IMG/VR virus record: IMGVR_UViG_3300047564_005433
Coordinates: 1-64,000 of that record
Direction: 5' to 3' (one strand)
Source of the DNA: a virus
Length of the DNA stretch: 64,000 bases
Part shown: positions 17,215-26,746 of the stretch, one piece after another
Layout: each line of letters starts with the position of its first letter
Numbering within the stretch: position 1 is the stretch's first letter
The notes under the pieces: generated by a model
What the model was told of the DNA's origin: nothing
The model's database searches: none
Seen by the model: the letters and a program-made list of their open reading frames with translations, nothing else
Translations under genes and position numbers: made by a program

Positions 17215-17420
17215 ACGATTGAAGGTTGTTTATGCCTTTTGTCTAGAACGTTCCGCCTTGGGGGCTCCACTATGTCTTGAACGGCATTGCGAAGGTTTGA
17301 GGCATCGTCTGGCTTTGATCGTTTTGTTAGGTGATCTTGGCCTGATGATTGAGCGCTCCGCCCTGGGGGGCTACGCTTGCCCTCGCTGGCCAGGCAGCGT
17401 AGGCTTGGTAGCCCCCTCAT
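17215..17420. other. Hairpin-rich block B, homologous to block A (inverted)
   Basis: Minus strand reads GCAAGCGTAGCCCCCCAGGGCGGAGCG and GAGCCCCCAAGGCGGAACGTTCTAGACAAAAGGC. Confidence 0.55.
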
Positions 17421-17658
17421 GCCCTGCTGAGCATGTCTGGATGCACGCGGGACATTCCGGAACCAGTGTACAGCCCCCCACCAAATTTCCACAAGAGGGC
17501 CAATCCTTGAACTGTCTTCCTCTATGGAAAAACGGGCTGATGGTAGGATTCTTGGGCTTCGCAAGCCACCATGACTGCTTCCCTTCCTGACGGTTTCAAG
17601 ATTATTAAGCTCCCTCGTAACGGCCCCAAGCCAGGGCAAAGCACCAAAGACTGGCTCT

Positions 17659-17913
17659 ATGGCAAGGACAAAAATTGCCAAGCCGAGCGTGACGCTGCTA
17701 AATGGCAGGAGGGCAAGCGTGCCTGAAGAAATGGACTACAAACAGGCCTACTTAGAGATTGTCTCAGTGGTGGCGCCAAGGTTTCCAGAATGCTCCATCT
17801 ATACCGTCGATCTGGTTCGGCTCTTAGCCTTCGAGAACGATACGTTGAGAATGGCGCTGAATTTACCACTGGCCACTAAGGTTGTGGCAGCCATTGAAGA
17901 CGATTTGAATTAA
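17659..17913 (+). CDS. Hypothetical protein
   Basis: 84-aa ORF followed by a terminator at 17921-17944. Confidence 0.55.
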   Translation: MARTKIAKPSVTLLNGRRASVPEEMDYKQAYLEIVSVVAPRFPECSIYTVDLVRLLAFENDTLRMALNLPLATKVVAAIEDDLN

Positions 17914-17943
17914 GCAAAGCAAAGGGGCCATCAGGCCCCTTTT

Positions 17944-18060
17944 TCATTCTTCGTCTTCGTCTTCGTAGTCTTCTTCAAGATCATCTTCAAAGATTTCAGG
18001 AGCTTCTTCAACGATGGGAAGAGGAGCAGCACTTTCGCTGTTATCAAAAATTAGCTTCAT
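17944..18060 (-). CDS. Very acidic 38-aa peptide or gene remnant
   Basis: MKLIFDNSESAAPLPIVEEAPEIFEDDLEEDYEDEDEE, translated by hand. Confidence 0.4.
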   Translation of the reverse strand: MKLIFDNSESAAPLPIVEEAPEIFEDDLEEDYEDEDEE

Positions 18061-18158
18061 AATTTCATGAGCGCTTTCTGTTTATACTAGAAAAAGCTGC
18101 TCGCTACGGTAGGCAGCGGGGAGGCTAGCAATAGAGCCTCCCTCCTATTGCGAGACAG

Positions 18159-20213
18159 TTAGAACCAATCATCCTCGTCTTCCTTCACGGGAAGACTTTC
18201 ATTGGCTTGACATAGCACAAAGTCCTCAGCCGCTACGGGAATGGGGGCGAAAATTTCATCGTCTTTTTCATTTTCAACTTCCGTGAAAACTGGTTCTTCC
18301 TGAAAATCCAAGTCAGGCTCCACGTAGTCCCACGAATGGTAGAGGCGATCCCGCTCCCCATTGGGACCAACAATAAAGCTGCTGCTAATTAAGCCTTGCC
18401 GCCTGGCCACTTCCAGCATCTTGCCCGTGGAGCCAGTGTCAAAACTGCCAGAAAGCATTGCCACTTGTTGCTTGGTGAAGCGTTCAGTTTTGCGCATTTC
18501 CACGACGTTCACCACTTGATTCAACTCTTCCAGGGAGCCACCAACTGGTCCTGCATAGTGCCAACCATACGTGAGATTGTCGCGCTTGAGCACGTGCTTG
18601 CCCGTGAGGCCACTCCTGCTCTTCATCCACTCCAGCGTAAATTCATTTGGATCGAAGCTTTCAGAACGCGTGAGCTTCACCACTTCACTAACGTTGTCCA
18701 CAAAGCTTGTTGAGTCGCGCAGGCCTCCGCTTTTGTTGAGGTGGTGGAGAATGAGGATGGAGCAGCGATAAGTGTTGGCAAGATCACGCAGGCCGTAAAT
18801 AACGTCACCAGCGTTGCTCTTCACCATATCCACGTCCATGCCAGCAAGGCAAGCAGTGAGGCTATCAATCACCACAAACAGCGGACGTTCTTTCCTCACG
18901 TATTCTTCAAGCTGCCTCATGTGAGCAAACCGCCAGGTTTCCCAAAATTCAATGGTGCGAGGAGCAAGGGCAGTGTCTTGATAGCCAATAACGGAAAGCT
19001 TTTCGCTGGTATCAATGAGGGGCTCGTCACTTTGGCAAATGAGAGTGCGGCCCTTCATGCAACGCCTGCCGCTCCACTTTGTACCAAGACCAATATTGAG
19101 CGCCCAGTTATATGCCACTGTTGATTTGCCCGTGCCGCCTCCAGCAGCAAGCAATGTCACGCTTCCCAAGGGGATGATGCCAGCAATGAGCCATTCACGA
19201 GCTTTGTCAGCATTGGCAATAGAAAGTGCATCAATACTTTCAAGCTCTTCTCTGCCATAGATGCGTTCTTTTGCTTCGGCAATGATCTTCTCAACATTCT
19301 GTTGGCTCATCTTCACGCCACGTTGCTCTAGCCAATTACCAGTTTCGTAAGCAATGCGTGAATCATTGGCATAGAGGCCAACAAAATTTTCAATGGTGGA
19401 AATAATCTCCTCGTAAGCAGGCTTTCCGTCTTGCCCTTGATGGCGGCTTTTGGAAACAATGGAGGAGAGAAGATCGTCTTTAGAAGCGCCTTCCTCAATG
19501 TAATCGCCTAAGTCGTAGCCATTTCCAGAAGGAAGATTGTCCCATTCCCATGAACGAGGGTCTGCATAAAGCCAACTTGCCCCAGGATTATCACTGGCAA
19601 TTTCTGCCATGAAAGCAACGCCCTGCTCGTCACGATCAGGACAAAGGACAAGCTTTTTGTTGCGGAAGAGGCTTGAATAGTCACCGTTTGTGCGATATTG
19701 CTTGCTGCCACCGAGGAAAGTGATACAAGGAATATCAAGAGCCCACACTGCTTCGCACGTCAATTCGCCTTCGACAATAAAGATGGGAAGGCCAGTTTCG
19801 TCGCTTTTTGCTATTGCATCGTCGTAACGATAAGGAAGAACATTCGCCTTGATTTCCTTGAGCGCAGTTTTATGGCCCTTCTCATTTTTGTCAATAGTGG
19901 GAAAATCTTGCCAAATCTTTTTGCTGCCTGAAGTGTCGTCACGATGGACAATTACCACTTCCTTTCCATTGTTATTTTTGTAGACAAACGAATAGTTACC
20001 AGCGTCACGAGGGGGCTTCTCCCATCTGGTGAGCGGGGCTAAAGCATCGCGAATTTCAGCACGGTGAGCAGGGCTGGTGTCATGCCAGCAGTTGTATCCC
20101 CCGTTGTTCTTGTTGACAGTGAAATCATTCCCGCCGCATGCAGGGCATTGATACTTGCCTGGCTCGTTGCTTGGCTCCAGTTGTTCGAGGTGATCGAGGA
20201 TGGAGAAGGTCAT
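18159..20213 (-). CDS. Primase-helicase (Zn finger + TOPRIM + RepA/AAA_25 helicase)
   Basis: CPACGG; IVEGE and PDRDEQG (TOPRIM); GGTGKS Walker A; VVIDS Walker B; LHHLNK. Confidence 0.9.
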   Translation of the reverse strand: MTFSILDHLEQLEPSNEPGKYQCPACGGNDFTVNKNNGGYNCWHDTSPAHRAEIRDALAPLTRWEKPPRDAGNYSFVYKNNNGKEVVIVHRDDTSGSKKIWQDFPTIDKNEKGHKTALKEIKANVLPYRYDDAIAKSDETGLPIFIVEGELTCEAVWALDIPCITFLGGSKQYRTNGDYSSLFRNKKLVLCPDRDEQGVAFMAEIASDNPGASWLYADPRSWEWDNLPSGNGYDLGDYIEEGASKDDLLSSIVSKSRHQGQDGKPAYEEIISTIENFVGLYANDSRIAYETGNWLEQRGVKMSQQNVEKIIAEAKERIYGREELESIDALSIANADKAREWLIAGIIPLGSVTLLAAGGGTGKSTVAYNWALNIGLGTKWSGRRCMKGRTLICQSDEPLIDTSEKLSVIGYQDTALAPRTIEFWETWRFAHMRQLEEYVRKERPLFVVIDSLTACLAGMDVDMVKSNAGDVIYGLRDLANTYRCSILILHHLNKSGGLRDSTSFVDNVSEVVKLTRSESFDPNEFTLEWMKSRSGLTGKHVLKRDNLTYGWHYAGPVGGSLEELNQVVNVVEMRKTERFTKQQVAMLSGSFDTGSTGKMLEVARRQGLISSSFIVGPNGERDRLYHSWDYVEPDLDFQEEPVFTEVENEKDDEIFAPIPVAAEDFVLCQANESLPVKEDEDDWF

Positions 20214-20420
20214 GGGGGAAGGTGAGATGAAAGTGTTCTAGCACCAGAATCCTGCCGCTGCAAGGCTTTCACAATTCTTAACGCGCTCTTCAGTCCCAAG
20301 CCTTGACCTCCTGGCCATAACGGCTATATTGGCCATGTCCCTCGCAAGGCAAAACCATGGAGCTTTGGCTGGCCGCCATTATCGGCTTCAGCATTGGCTA
20401 CCTTCTCGGCCCTTTGTTTT

Positions 20421-20663
20421 ATGACCATTGATCACGGCGAACCGAAGAAGAGTCGCCACTTCACCCTCACTGACACCGCCTACTCTCATTTGAAGGATAT
20501 TGCCCATGAAGCACGACTGAGCCTCAGCGAGACTGTCGAACGTCTCATCCGCACCACTTCTCCATGGGAAGGAAATGCAGTGCTTTCTGACGGTGCATTC
20601 TCCTTGGTAGAAGACCATTCCATTGTTTCTGAAATTGAGGATTATGAAGGTTTCTCAGCTTAA
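20421..20663 (+). CDS. Ribbon-helix-helix (CopG-like) regulator
   Basis: RHFTLTDTAYSHLKDIAHEARLSLSETVERLIR. Confidence 0.65.
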   Translation: MTIDHGEPKKSRHFTLTDTAYSHLKDIAHEARLSLSETVERLIRTTSPWEGNAVLSDGAFSLVEDHSIVSEIEDYEGFSA

Positions 20664-20919
20664 GCTTGCTTGCGAAGAGTTTCTTCTGGAATTTCCCGAC
20701 ACAGAAGTGAAGCTTCTCTGGGAAGAAGGCGTTCTCACTGAGAATTACGATCCCGAATGTTTAGAAGAGCCCACTGACGTGAGGATCATCAGCGACTGGC
20801 CGCTTCCTGGTGAAAGCCTAGTCAATAAAGCTGAAAATCCTGAGAAGATGTTTGTCATCATGTATGGCGAATATCAGCCTTCAGGCTTTGGCTACAAAGC
20901 AGTTGCTTGTCTTGATTGA
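20644..20919 (+). CDS. Hypothetical protein
   Basis: Overlapping ORF in the rightward operon. Confidence 0.6.
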   Translation: MKVSQLKLACEEFLLEFPDTEVKLLWEEGVLTENYDPECLEEPTDVRIISDWPLPGESLVNKAENPEKMFVIMYGEYQPSGFGYKAVACLD

Positions 20920-21107
20920 TGGAAACGCCCAATCTCACCACCTCCGAGTTTTATGCTCGCATGAAGCAAATGGATCTTGATGTGATTGATTGCCTTGATT
21001 CTTTCCTTTTGGATACTGGCGTAGGCGTTGCTGGGCTGCGTCTTTCGTTCAGCAAAGAAAGCGAAGAATATCTTCTTGATTGGCACTTCGTTTTTCCTGA
21101 AGAATGA
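20916..21107 (+). CDS. Hypothetical protein
   Basis: Coupled ORF. Confidence 0.55.
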   Translation: MMETPNLTTSEFYARMKQMDLDVIDCLDSFLLDTGVGVAGLRLSFSKESEEYLLDWHFVFPEE

Positions 21108-22042
21108 ACCACACTATCCTCACCTACTCCCCCTCCGACTTTTTCAGCATGGAAGACTCCGCAAAACAAGCAATGATGGACCGTTACAACGGCGTCTTCT
21201 CCCCCCTAGAGATCAGCGCTGAAGCTTTTAAGGCTGCTTACGACACACCTGACATTGGCCCCCACATTGAAAAGGACTACAAAGGCCTCTCCTATCTGTC
21301 GTGGCCGTTTGCCTTTCGCTATCTGAAGGAGCATTTCCCGACGTTGTTTGTAGCGTTTGAAGAGAAGACCATTGGCTGGCCCGTATTTGGCGAGCCTGGC
21401 GCCTTCATCCTTCGCCCCTATCTCACTGATGGAATCAAGCGCACGCCTGCGCTGGTGTTCCCCATCATGGACCGCAAGCACAATTCCATTCAACAGCTCG
21501 ATGGTCGTGCAATTAGCGACAACATCCAACGTGCCAGTGTCAAAGCCATCGCTACGTTCACGGGCCTTGGTCTTCGGCTCTATGCCGGAGAGGACATTCC
21601 TAAGGAGGAAGCGCCAAAGCTGCAGCAGGACACGCTCAAGACGCCTGCACGCACGAAGAGTGCCGCTAAGGAAAGCACTGCTGCTTCTGGAAGCGAGGGG
21701 CCTGTTGCCGCCGCTGATACAGGGTCCGCTGAACCCTTCGATGCAAAGGCAGCTCTTACGGCAGTGTGCAAAGCCAATCCTTTGAACTATGTCGACGAAA
21801 AAGCTTCTATGGCTGCAGGTAAAGCTGCTCTTGAAAGTATTGGACTTGCTCGCGCCACAGAAATCAAAAGCTGGCAAGCCTTCGGAAACGTCGTCGCAGC
21901 AATGATGACACTATGGGCTAAGCAAGAGCAAATTGTCATCAGCAAAGCTGAAATGACAGAAGAAATCAATGCCGTGCGTGGCCTTGAAGACACCAGTGCC
22001 ATTATTGAGGGGATGAAGGCTTTCGTGGCAAAAAAGAAATAG
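21104..22042 (+). CDS. Sak/Rad52-like single-strand annealing protein (DUF1071-like)
   Basis: LSYLSWPFA, PIMDRKHNSI and QRASVKAIATFTGLGLRLYAGEDIP motifs. Confidence 0.8.
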   Translation: MNHTILTYSPSDFFSMEDSAKQAMMDRYNGVFSPLEISAEAFKAAYDTPDIGPHIEKDYKGLSYLSWPFAFRYLKEHFPTLFVAFEEKTIGWPVFGEPGAFILRPYLTDGIKRTPALVFPIMDRKHNSIQQLDGRAISDNIQRASVKAIATFTGLGLRLYAGEDIPKEEAPKLQQDTLKTPARTKSAAKESTAASGSEGPVAAADTGSAEPFDAKAALTAVCKANPLNYVDEKASMAAGKAALESIGLARATEIKSWQAFGNVVAAMMTLWAKQEQIVISKAEMTEEINAVRGLEDTSAIIEGMKAFVAKKK

Positions 22043-22230
22043 ACCTAGCGGCGGCCCGCCTAGCGCGGGCCTTTGCTGGCACTGTTTGCATTGATGATGA
22101 CTTTCTTCCCATTGTTGAGCTTCCTCCCAAGCTATTTAGCTGATGATCCTCTTGGCTTGTTTCTTCTCGTTACTTTCACATGCTTGATCCTTGCTCTGTC
22201 AATCCTCGCCATCCTTTCGTTGATAGTCCC

Positions 22231-22449
22231 ATGAGCCGCTTCACTTTTCTGAATGAAGATGGAGAAACCAAGATCTCCCATTCATTCCATAACATTTGCT
22301 GTCCAGAAATTATGCACAATTTCAAGGACTTCCTTCTTGGTTGCGGCTTTCTTGAAAGCACAGTAATTGAGGCCATGTATGGAGTGATTGAAGAATACGA
22401 AAGCCTCCATCCTCAAAAGGATAATGGAAAATCATCGTCAATTGATTGA
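22231..22449 (+). CDS. Hypothetical protein
   Basis: FKDFLLGCGF motif. Confidence 0.6.
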   Translation: MSRFTFLNEDGETKISHSFHNICCPEIMHNFKDFLLGCGFLESTVIEAMYGVIEEYESLHPQKDNGKSSSID

Positions 22450-22744
22450 TGCTTGCCATGAAGCATTCTGGAGCTTTCCTGAAGATACGCTTAGCAGTGA
22501 TCGTCGCATTGCTGCATTGCTCAAGGCTATTGCTGACTTTCCTCTGGCTGATCGAACTTTTCTTTCTCAAACTGCACACCGTATTCTCATGGCCGATATT
22601 GGCAAGTGCTCGGGCGATGGATGTCCTGTCAAGGAAAACTGTTGGCGTTATTTGGCGCCTGCTTCCGATTGGCAGAGCTATTTCGCTCCGCCTCCATTCA
22701 CGGAGGAAGGCTGCGACTACTTCTGGGACGTGAACGAGAAATGA
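22424..22744 (+). CDS. Hypothetical protein with Cys-rich C-terminus
   Basis: ADIGKCSGDGCPVKENCWRY...CDYFW. Confidence 0.6.
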   Translation: MENHRQLIDACHEAFWSFPEDTLSSDRRIAALLKAIADFPLADRTFLSQTAHRILMADIGKCSGDGCPVKENCWRYLAPASDWQSYFAPPPFTEEGCDYFWDVNEK

Positions 22745-22747
22745 GCA

Positions 22748-23548
22748 GTGGCCTGTTACGATCTATGCCTAGCCTCCCTTCAAATGCAAGCATTTCCCCG
22801 TTACGAACCGAACCGGCTCCAAATTCAAAAGAAGCGTTATTATCATTTGAACGGTTTTCCAAATGTTCCCGAAGGGTATGTTTTGCCCTCTGTGACAACT
22901 ATTGCGAGCGCGTGTTCAGCGCCTGGCAAGATTGCAGCGCTAATGAACTGGCGAAAAAAGGTGGGCAATGAAGAAGCTAATCGTCGCACTCGTAATGCTG
23001 TGGATCGAGGCAATTGGCTTCACGGTGTTCTAGAAGATTTCTGGAATGGTGAAGACATTCAAGAGCATCTTGATTCTCACGAAAACTACGTGCCTTATTT
23101 TGAGAGCATTGTTGGTTTTCTTGAGCGCGTTGATAGTCCATTGCTCGTCGAAAGTGCCATTGCCTGGTACGATCCTGCGCAAGAAATTGGCTATTCAGGC
23201 ACCTTTGATATGCTCGCCAAAATGAACAGCGGGCAATATGCCCTGCTTGATTGGAAGACAAGCTATAAAGAGAAGCCTGATACACAGCTAGCCGACTATC
23301 GCATGCAGCTTGGTGCCTACGTTCAGGCCATTGAGCAGATGTATGACATTGAAGTTAATGAAGCACATTGTGCCATTGCCATCCACGATCCTGATACTGG
23401 CCATTCCCAAGAAGCGCAAATCGTGAGTCTCTCAGCGGGGGAGCTTGCCATGCAGGCGGGCATCATGGTGCAGAAGGTGCAGCAGTTCTTCTTCGAGCAT
23501 TACCCAGGCGGACGCCCCTTAATGATTTCTATGGACCGAGGAGCTTAA
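22748..23548 (+). CDS. PD-(D/E)xK exonuclease
   Basis: PSVTTI, RGNWLH, YSGTFD, LLDWKTS and QLGAY motifs. Confidence 0.85.
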   Translation: MACYDLCLASLQMQAFPRYEPNRLQIQKKRYYHLNGFPNVPEGYVLPSVTTIASACSAPGKIAALMNWRKKVGNEEANRRTRNAVDRGNWLHGVLEDFWNGEDIQEHLDSHENYVPYFESIVGFLERVDSPLLVESAIAWYDPAQEIGYSGTFDMLAKMNSGQYALLDWKTSYKEKPDTQLADYRMQLGAYVQAIEQMYDIEVNEAHCAIAIHDPDTGHSQEAQIVSLSAGELAMQAGIMVQKVQQFFFEHYPGGRPLMISMDRGA

Positions 23549-24540
23549 CGATGGCTATTGAACACACGTTTAACTCAGTACAGCAGCGCAATCTCATCGA
23601 ACCACTTGCCGTTTATTTTGCTGGCAAAGTTCGGAAAGGAATGCAAGATTACAGGGCAATCCTGTTCCACGACGACAGGATAATGTCACGAGTTGTAAAG
23701 AGCGAACTGAAAATCTTTAACCAGCTTCCCAGGGAGTGCCCGGCAGGGACCGTTATTTATGCGGGACCGAGCGCTTTATCTTGCGACCATGGATGCTGGC
23801 ACGACAAGAAATACGAGATTGGCGCAAATCATGGCATAGTTAATCCCTGGGGGCCGCGTAAAGATTTATCTTTTCCCGATGGAGGATCAATCCATGTTGG
23901 ACGCGAATGGTTATCCTACTTTCAGCAAAAAACTGACTGTCCCAACGGAAGCAACGGGCTCTCAAAAGCACAAGCTGTAGAACGTTGCTTGTATCAAATT
24001 AGGATGTGCGATGCTCTTTACGCATACATAGATGAACTCGATTGTTATGGTACTATTTCCGAAATTGGCTACGCATATGCACTGGGAATTCCAATTTACA
24101 TTGTCTTTGACGACAAACTAAAGAATGCTTGTGATGAATACGAAGATTCGGGCGGACATGGAAAATACCAAGTTGCACGCAATGATTTTTGGTTTATTGC
24201 AGAAATGGCCACACAATGCGCGTGGGGGAAGCCATGGGAATTAATACATGAGATTGCGTTTTCAAGGCAAAAAGATAGTAAATTCTCAAAAGCAAAAAGG
24301 GTTGGAATTAGGCCTAAAGATCGAGTGGTAGTACTTGTTCGCGATCAATACACTTGCCAGATGTGTGGTGTATCCAGGGCAGACGGAGCAGTTCTTGAGA
24401 TTGATCACATTCATCCAGTATCCAAAGGTGGCACTAACACTCTTTCGAATTTGCAAGTACTATGCCGCGAGTGCAACGCTGGCAAAAGCGACCACGTTTT
24501 ACCCATGCCTTAACAATTTCTATGGACCGAGGCGCTTGAC
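23517..24540 (+). mobile_element. Inserted HNH element flanked by 33-bp imperfect direct repeats
   Basis: 23517-23549 vs 24508-24540, 4 mismatches; duplicates the last codons of the exonuclease gene. Confidence 0.75.
23551..24513 (+). CDS. Nucleoside deoxyribosyltransferase-like domain fused to HNH endonuclease
   Basis: CDALYA..DCYGTISEIGYAYALGIP; RDQYTCQMCG..EIDHIHPVSKGGTN..NLQVLCRECNAGK. Confidence 0.8.
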   Translation: MAIEHTFNSVQQRNLIEPLAVYFAGKVRKGMQDYRAILFHDDRIMSRVVKSELKIFNQLPRECPAGTVIYAGPSALSCDHGCWHDKKYEIGANHGIVNPWGPRKDLSFPDGGSIHVGREWLSYFQQKTDCPNGSNGLSKAQAVERCLYQIRMCDALYAYIDELDCYGTISEIGYAYALGIPIYIVFDDKLKNACDEYEDSGGHGKYQVARNDFWFIAEMATQCAWGKPWELIHEIAFSRQKDSKFSKAKRVGIRPKDRVVVLVRDQYTCQMCGVSRADGAVLEIDHIHPVSKGGTNTLSNLQVLCRECNAGKSDHVLPMP

Positions 24541-24564
24541 CTCTGTCCACGCTGGCGTTATGCT
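24536..24564 (+). promoter_or_regulatory. Sigma70-type promoter
   Basis: TTGACC-N17-TATGCT. Confidence 0.6.
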
Positions 24565-24611
24565 GGCAATGCCCTTCCAGGGCCAACCACTCTCCTTTTG
24601 AGGAACACTAC

Positions 24612-24884
24612 ATGCCCTCTGGCAATCTGCCCGTATTCAGCGGCACCATTGATCTCACTTCCGACATTCTGAACGCTGCCAAAAAGCAAGGCCCCAACGA
24701 TCAAGGAAACTATTCCTTCCGCGTGGCCCTGTGGAACAATGACAAGCGTGATAAGGACACTGCCCCTCATTACAAAGGGCAAGTGACTGTCAACAAAATG
24801 CAGGACTCTCCCAAGGCCTATTCCAGCTTCTGGCGCAATGAAGAAGCAGGCAGCAGCTCTGGCTCTTCAGACGATCTGTTCTGA
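24612..24884 (+). CDS. Putative single-stranded DNA-binding protein
   Basis: Small beta-rich protein (VALW, PHYKG) with acidic/aromatic tail SSDDLF; in the recombination operon. Confidence 0.55.
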   Translation: MPSGNLPVFSGTIDLTSDILNAAKKQGPNDQGNYSFRVALWNNDKRDKDTAPHYKGQVTVNKMQDSPKAYSSFWRNEEAGSSSGSSDDLF

Positions 24885-24941
24885 ACTTCGTTTCCATTGT
24901 TCATGAGGGCGCTAATGCGCCCTTTTCTTTTCTTCAAAACC

Positions 24942-25526
24942 ATGCTTCTGAATGACAAGGAAATCAGCATTCTTGCTGAAAATGATATTATTTTTCCTTT
25001 CGTCGCGGAGAAAACCAGAGAGCTTCCCAATGGAACAAAAGCCCTCTCATACGGACTGAGCCATGCCGGATACGATCTCAGGCTCTCGCCAAGGGGCTTT
25101 ATGGTCATCAACAACAACAACCCCGTGGAGGCCCTGGACGTTAAGAGCTTCAATAAGGAGCTGATGTATGAGGCTTCTCCCGTCGAAGAAAATGGCTCTA
25201 CGTTCTTCGTGCTGCCCCCGTTCTCCTACGCTCTTGGCGTGAGTGTGGAATTGCTGACAATGCCGTCTAACATCATGGGGATCACAGACGGCAAAAGCAC
25301 GTATGCCCGGCAAGGCACCATCATTAACGTTACGCCAATTGAGCCTGGCTGGTCTGGTCATCTCACTATTTGTATTGTCAATCCCTTGGCTTTTCCCGTT
25401 CGTATTTATGCCAACGAAGGGATCGTGCAAGTCATGTTCGCTCGCCTCTCCAGTGCAGCAGATCAGGATTATGGACAAGGCAAATATCAAAACCAAGGCG
25501 CTAACGTAGCATTTGCTGCCGTCTGA
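24942..25526 (+). CDS. dcd: dCTP deaminase
   Basis: SYGLSHAGYDLRL, GKSTYARQG, TPIEPGWSG, YANEGIVQ, GKYQNQ. Confidence 0.92.
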   Translation: MLLNDKEISILAENDIIFPFVAEKTRELPNGTKALSYGLSHAGYDLRLSPRGFMVINNNNPVEALDVKSFNKELMYEASPVEENGSTFFVLPPFSYALGVSVELLTMPSNIMGITDGKSTYARQGTIINVTPIEPGWSGHLTICIVNPLAFPVRIYANEGIVQVMFARLSSAADQDYGQGKYQNQGANVAFAAV

Positions 25527-25529
25527 TTA

Positions 25530-25892
25530 GTGAGTGCTCTTGAAGACCAGTTTCTCGGACTGTGGCAAGCTAATTTTCCCGATCTTCCATTGATCAGAGA
25601 ATTTAGCGACGTGCCAACATGGGAAGCTGATTTTCAAGAGCGCTATGCAAAAAGCAAGCGATCAAAGCGCTATAGGGCAGACTTCGCTCATCTGCCCTCA
25701 CAAAGCCTCATCGAAATTCAAGGGGGCACATTCAGTAGGGGCCGGCACGTAACCGGCTCTGGCTACGAGCGTGATGCCCGCAAATTTAATCTTGCCACCA
25801 TTGGTGGCTGGAAAGTGTTCCTTCTTACCACCCAAACGGCCAAGGAAACTTTTTGGCTTGAGCGGATTGCTGCTTCATTGCGAACTGCGTAA
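25530..25892 (+). CDS. Vsr/DUF559-like endonuclease
   Basis: RADFA..IEIQGG..GRH..D..KFN..GWKV. Confidence 0.75.
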   Translation: MSALEDQFLGLWQANFPDLPLIREFSDVPTWEADFQERYAKSKRSKRYRADFAHLPSQSLIEIQGGTFSRGRHVTGSGYERDARKFNLATIGGWKVFLLTTQTAKETFWLERIAASLRTA

Positions 25893-26199
25893 CGGCATCA
25901 GCGGCCTCCCCTAGCAGCTCATCAGCAGCTTCCAGATCGGCCTGTTGCATCTGCATGGCTTGACGCAGTTCTAGATTTTCCTTTACCAGCGATGTGACGG
26001 CTTCTTGCATATTGCTCCAGCCTTCCATCATCGTGCAGGCCACTTCCCGCAACTTCTCAATGTCAGTGCATTCGCTGAGCGCCTTCTTGTTGGCAACGAG
26101 AGCAAAATCTCGTTCCATACTGCGTTCAAAAGGCCCCATAATGCCAATACAATCTTGACCATTGTATTTTAAGCCAATGGGAATCGAGAAGGTGCTCAT
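25825..26199 (-). CDS. Hypothetical coiled-coil protein
   Basis: 124-aa ORF with heptad pattern. Confidence 0.6.
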   Translation of the reverse strand: MSTFSIPIGLKYNGQDCIGIMGPFERSMERDFALVANKKALSECTDIEKLREVACTMMEGWSNMQEAVTSLVKENLELRQAMQMQQADLEAADELLGEAADAVTQFAMKQQSAQAKKFPWPFGW

Positions 26200-26229
26200 T
26201 GCTCTTGCATTGTTTCGTTTAGCCTAGCC

Positions 26230-26556
26230 ATGCAGCGATTTGGCAAACGGTTTGTTTATCGGGTGGACGATGGGAAGGATGCCGTAAAATGCGGGACGGG
26301 CTACCGCCCCTACAAGCTTCCCTGCACTCCTCGCAACCATGAATGGCTGGTCGGACAAGAAGTGGTGTACGTGCAACGCACAGCAGCAGGGTGGATGCCC
26401 TCTTCTATTGTTGGCACCATTGAAGGCTTTGATGCAAGCGGACGCGCCAGGAAGGCACGAGTACGCTGGCATTCGGCTACGAACATTGCTCCTACAATCA
26501 GCTTGCAACGACTTCGGCCCCTCTCGCTAATCAACCATGCTTACCAAGGCAACTGA
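26230..26556 (+). CDS. Hypothetical protein
   Basis: 108-aa ORF starting the next rightward run. Confidence 0.55.
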   Translation: MQRFGKRFVYRVDDGKDAVKCGTGYRPYKLPCTPRNHEWLVGQEVVYVQRTAAGWMPSSIVGTIEGFDASGRARKARVRWHSATNIAPTISLQRLRPLSLINHAYQGN

Positions 26557-26746
26557 CGATCTCCTTAAGGATCTTTCTAAAACTGCAGGCGTGCTGCTTG
26601 CGGCTTTTGGCATTCTGTGCTTGCGGGCATGGCTTGTAAGCATTTGCGCAGGCCTACTGTTTCCTGCTTTTTCTTTGGGCTTTTGGAATTGGGTGTTGAT
26701 TGTTGCCACCTTTCGCGCCCTTATTGCTACGGACAAAGCTGAATGA
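26537..26746 (+). CDS. Small membrane protein
   Basis: Two hydrophobic segments. Confidence 0.6.
   Translation: MLTKATDDLLKDLSKTAGVLLAAFGILCLRAWLVSICAGLLFPAFSLGFWNWVLIVATFRALIATDKAE

Noticed and set aside
22748-23548. Cas4 of a CRISPR system
   Set aside because: No Fe-S cysteine set; lies in the Sak/SSB recombination operon, as expected for an ordinary phage exonuclease
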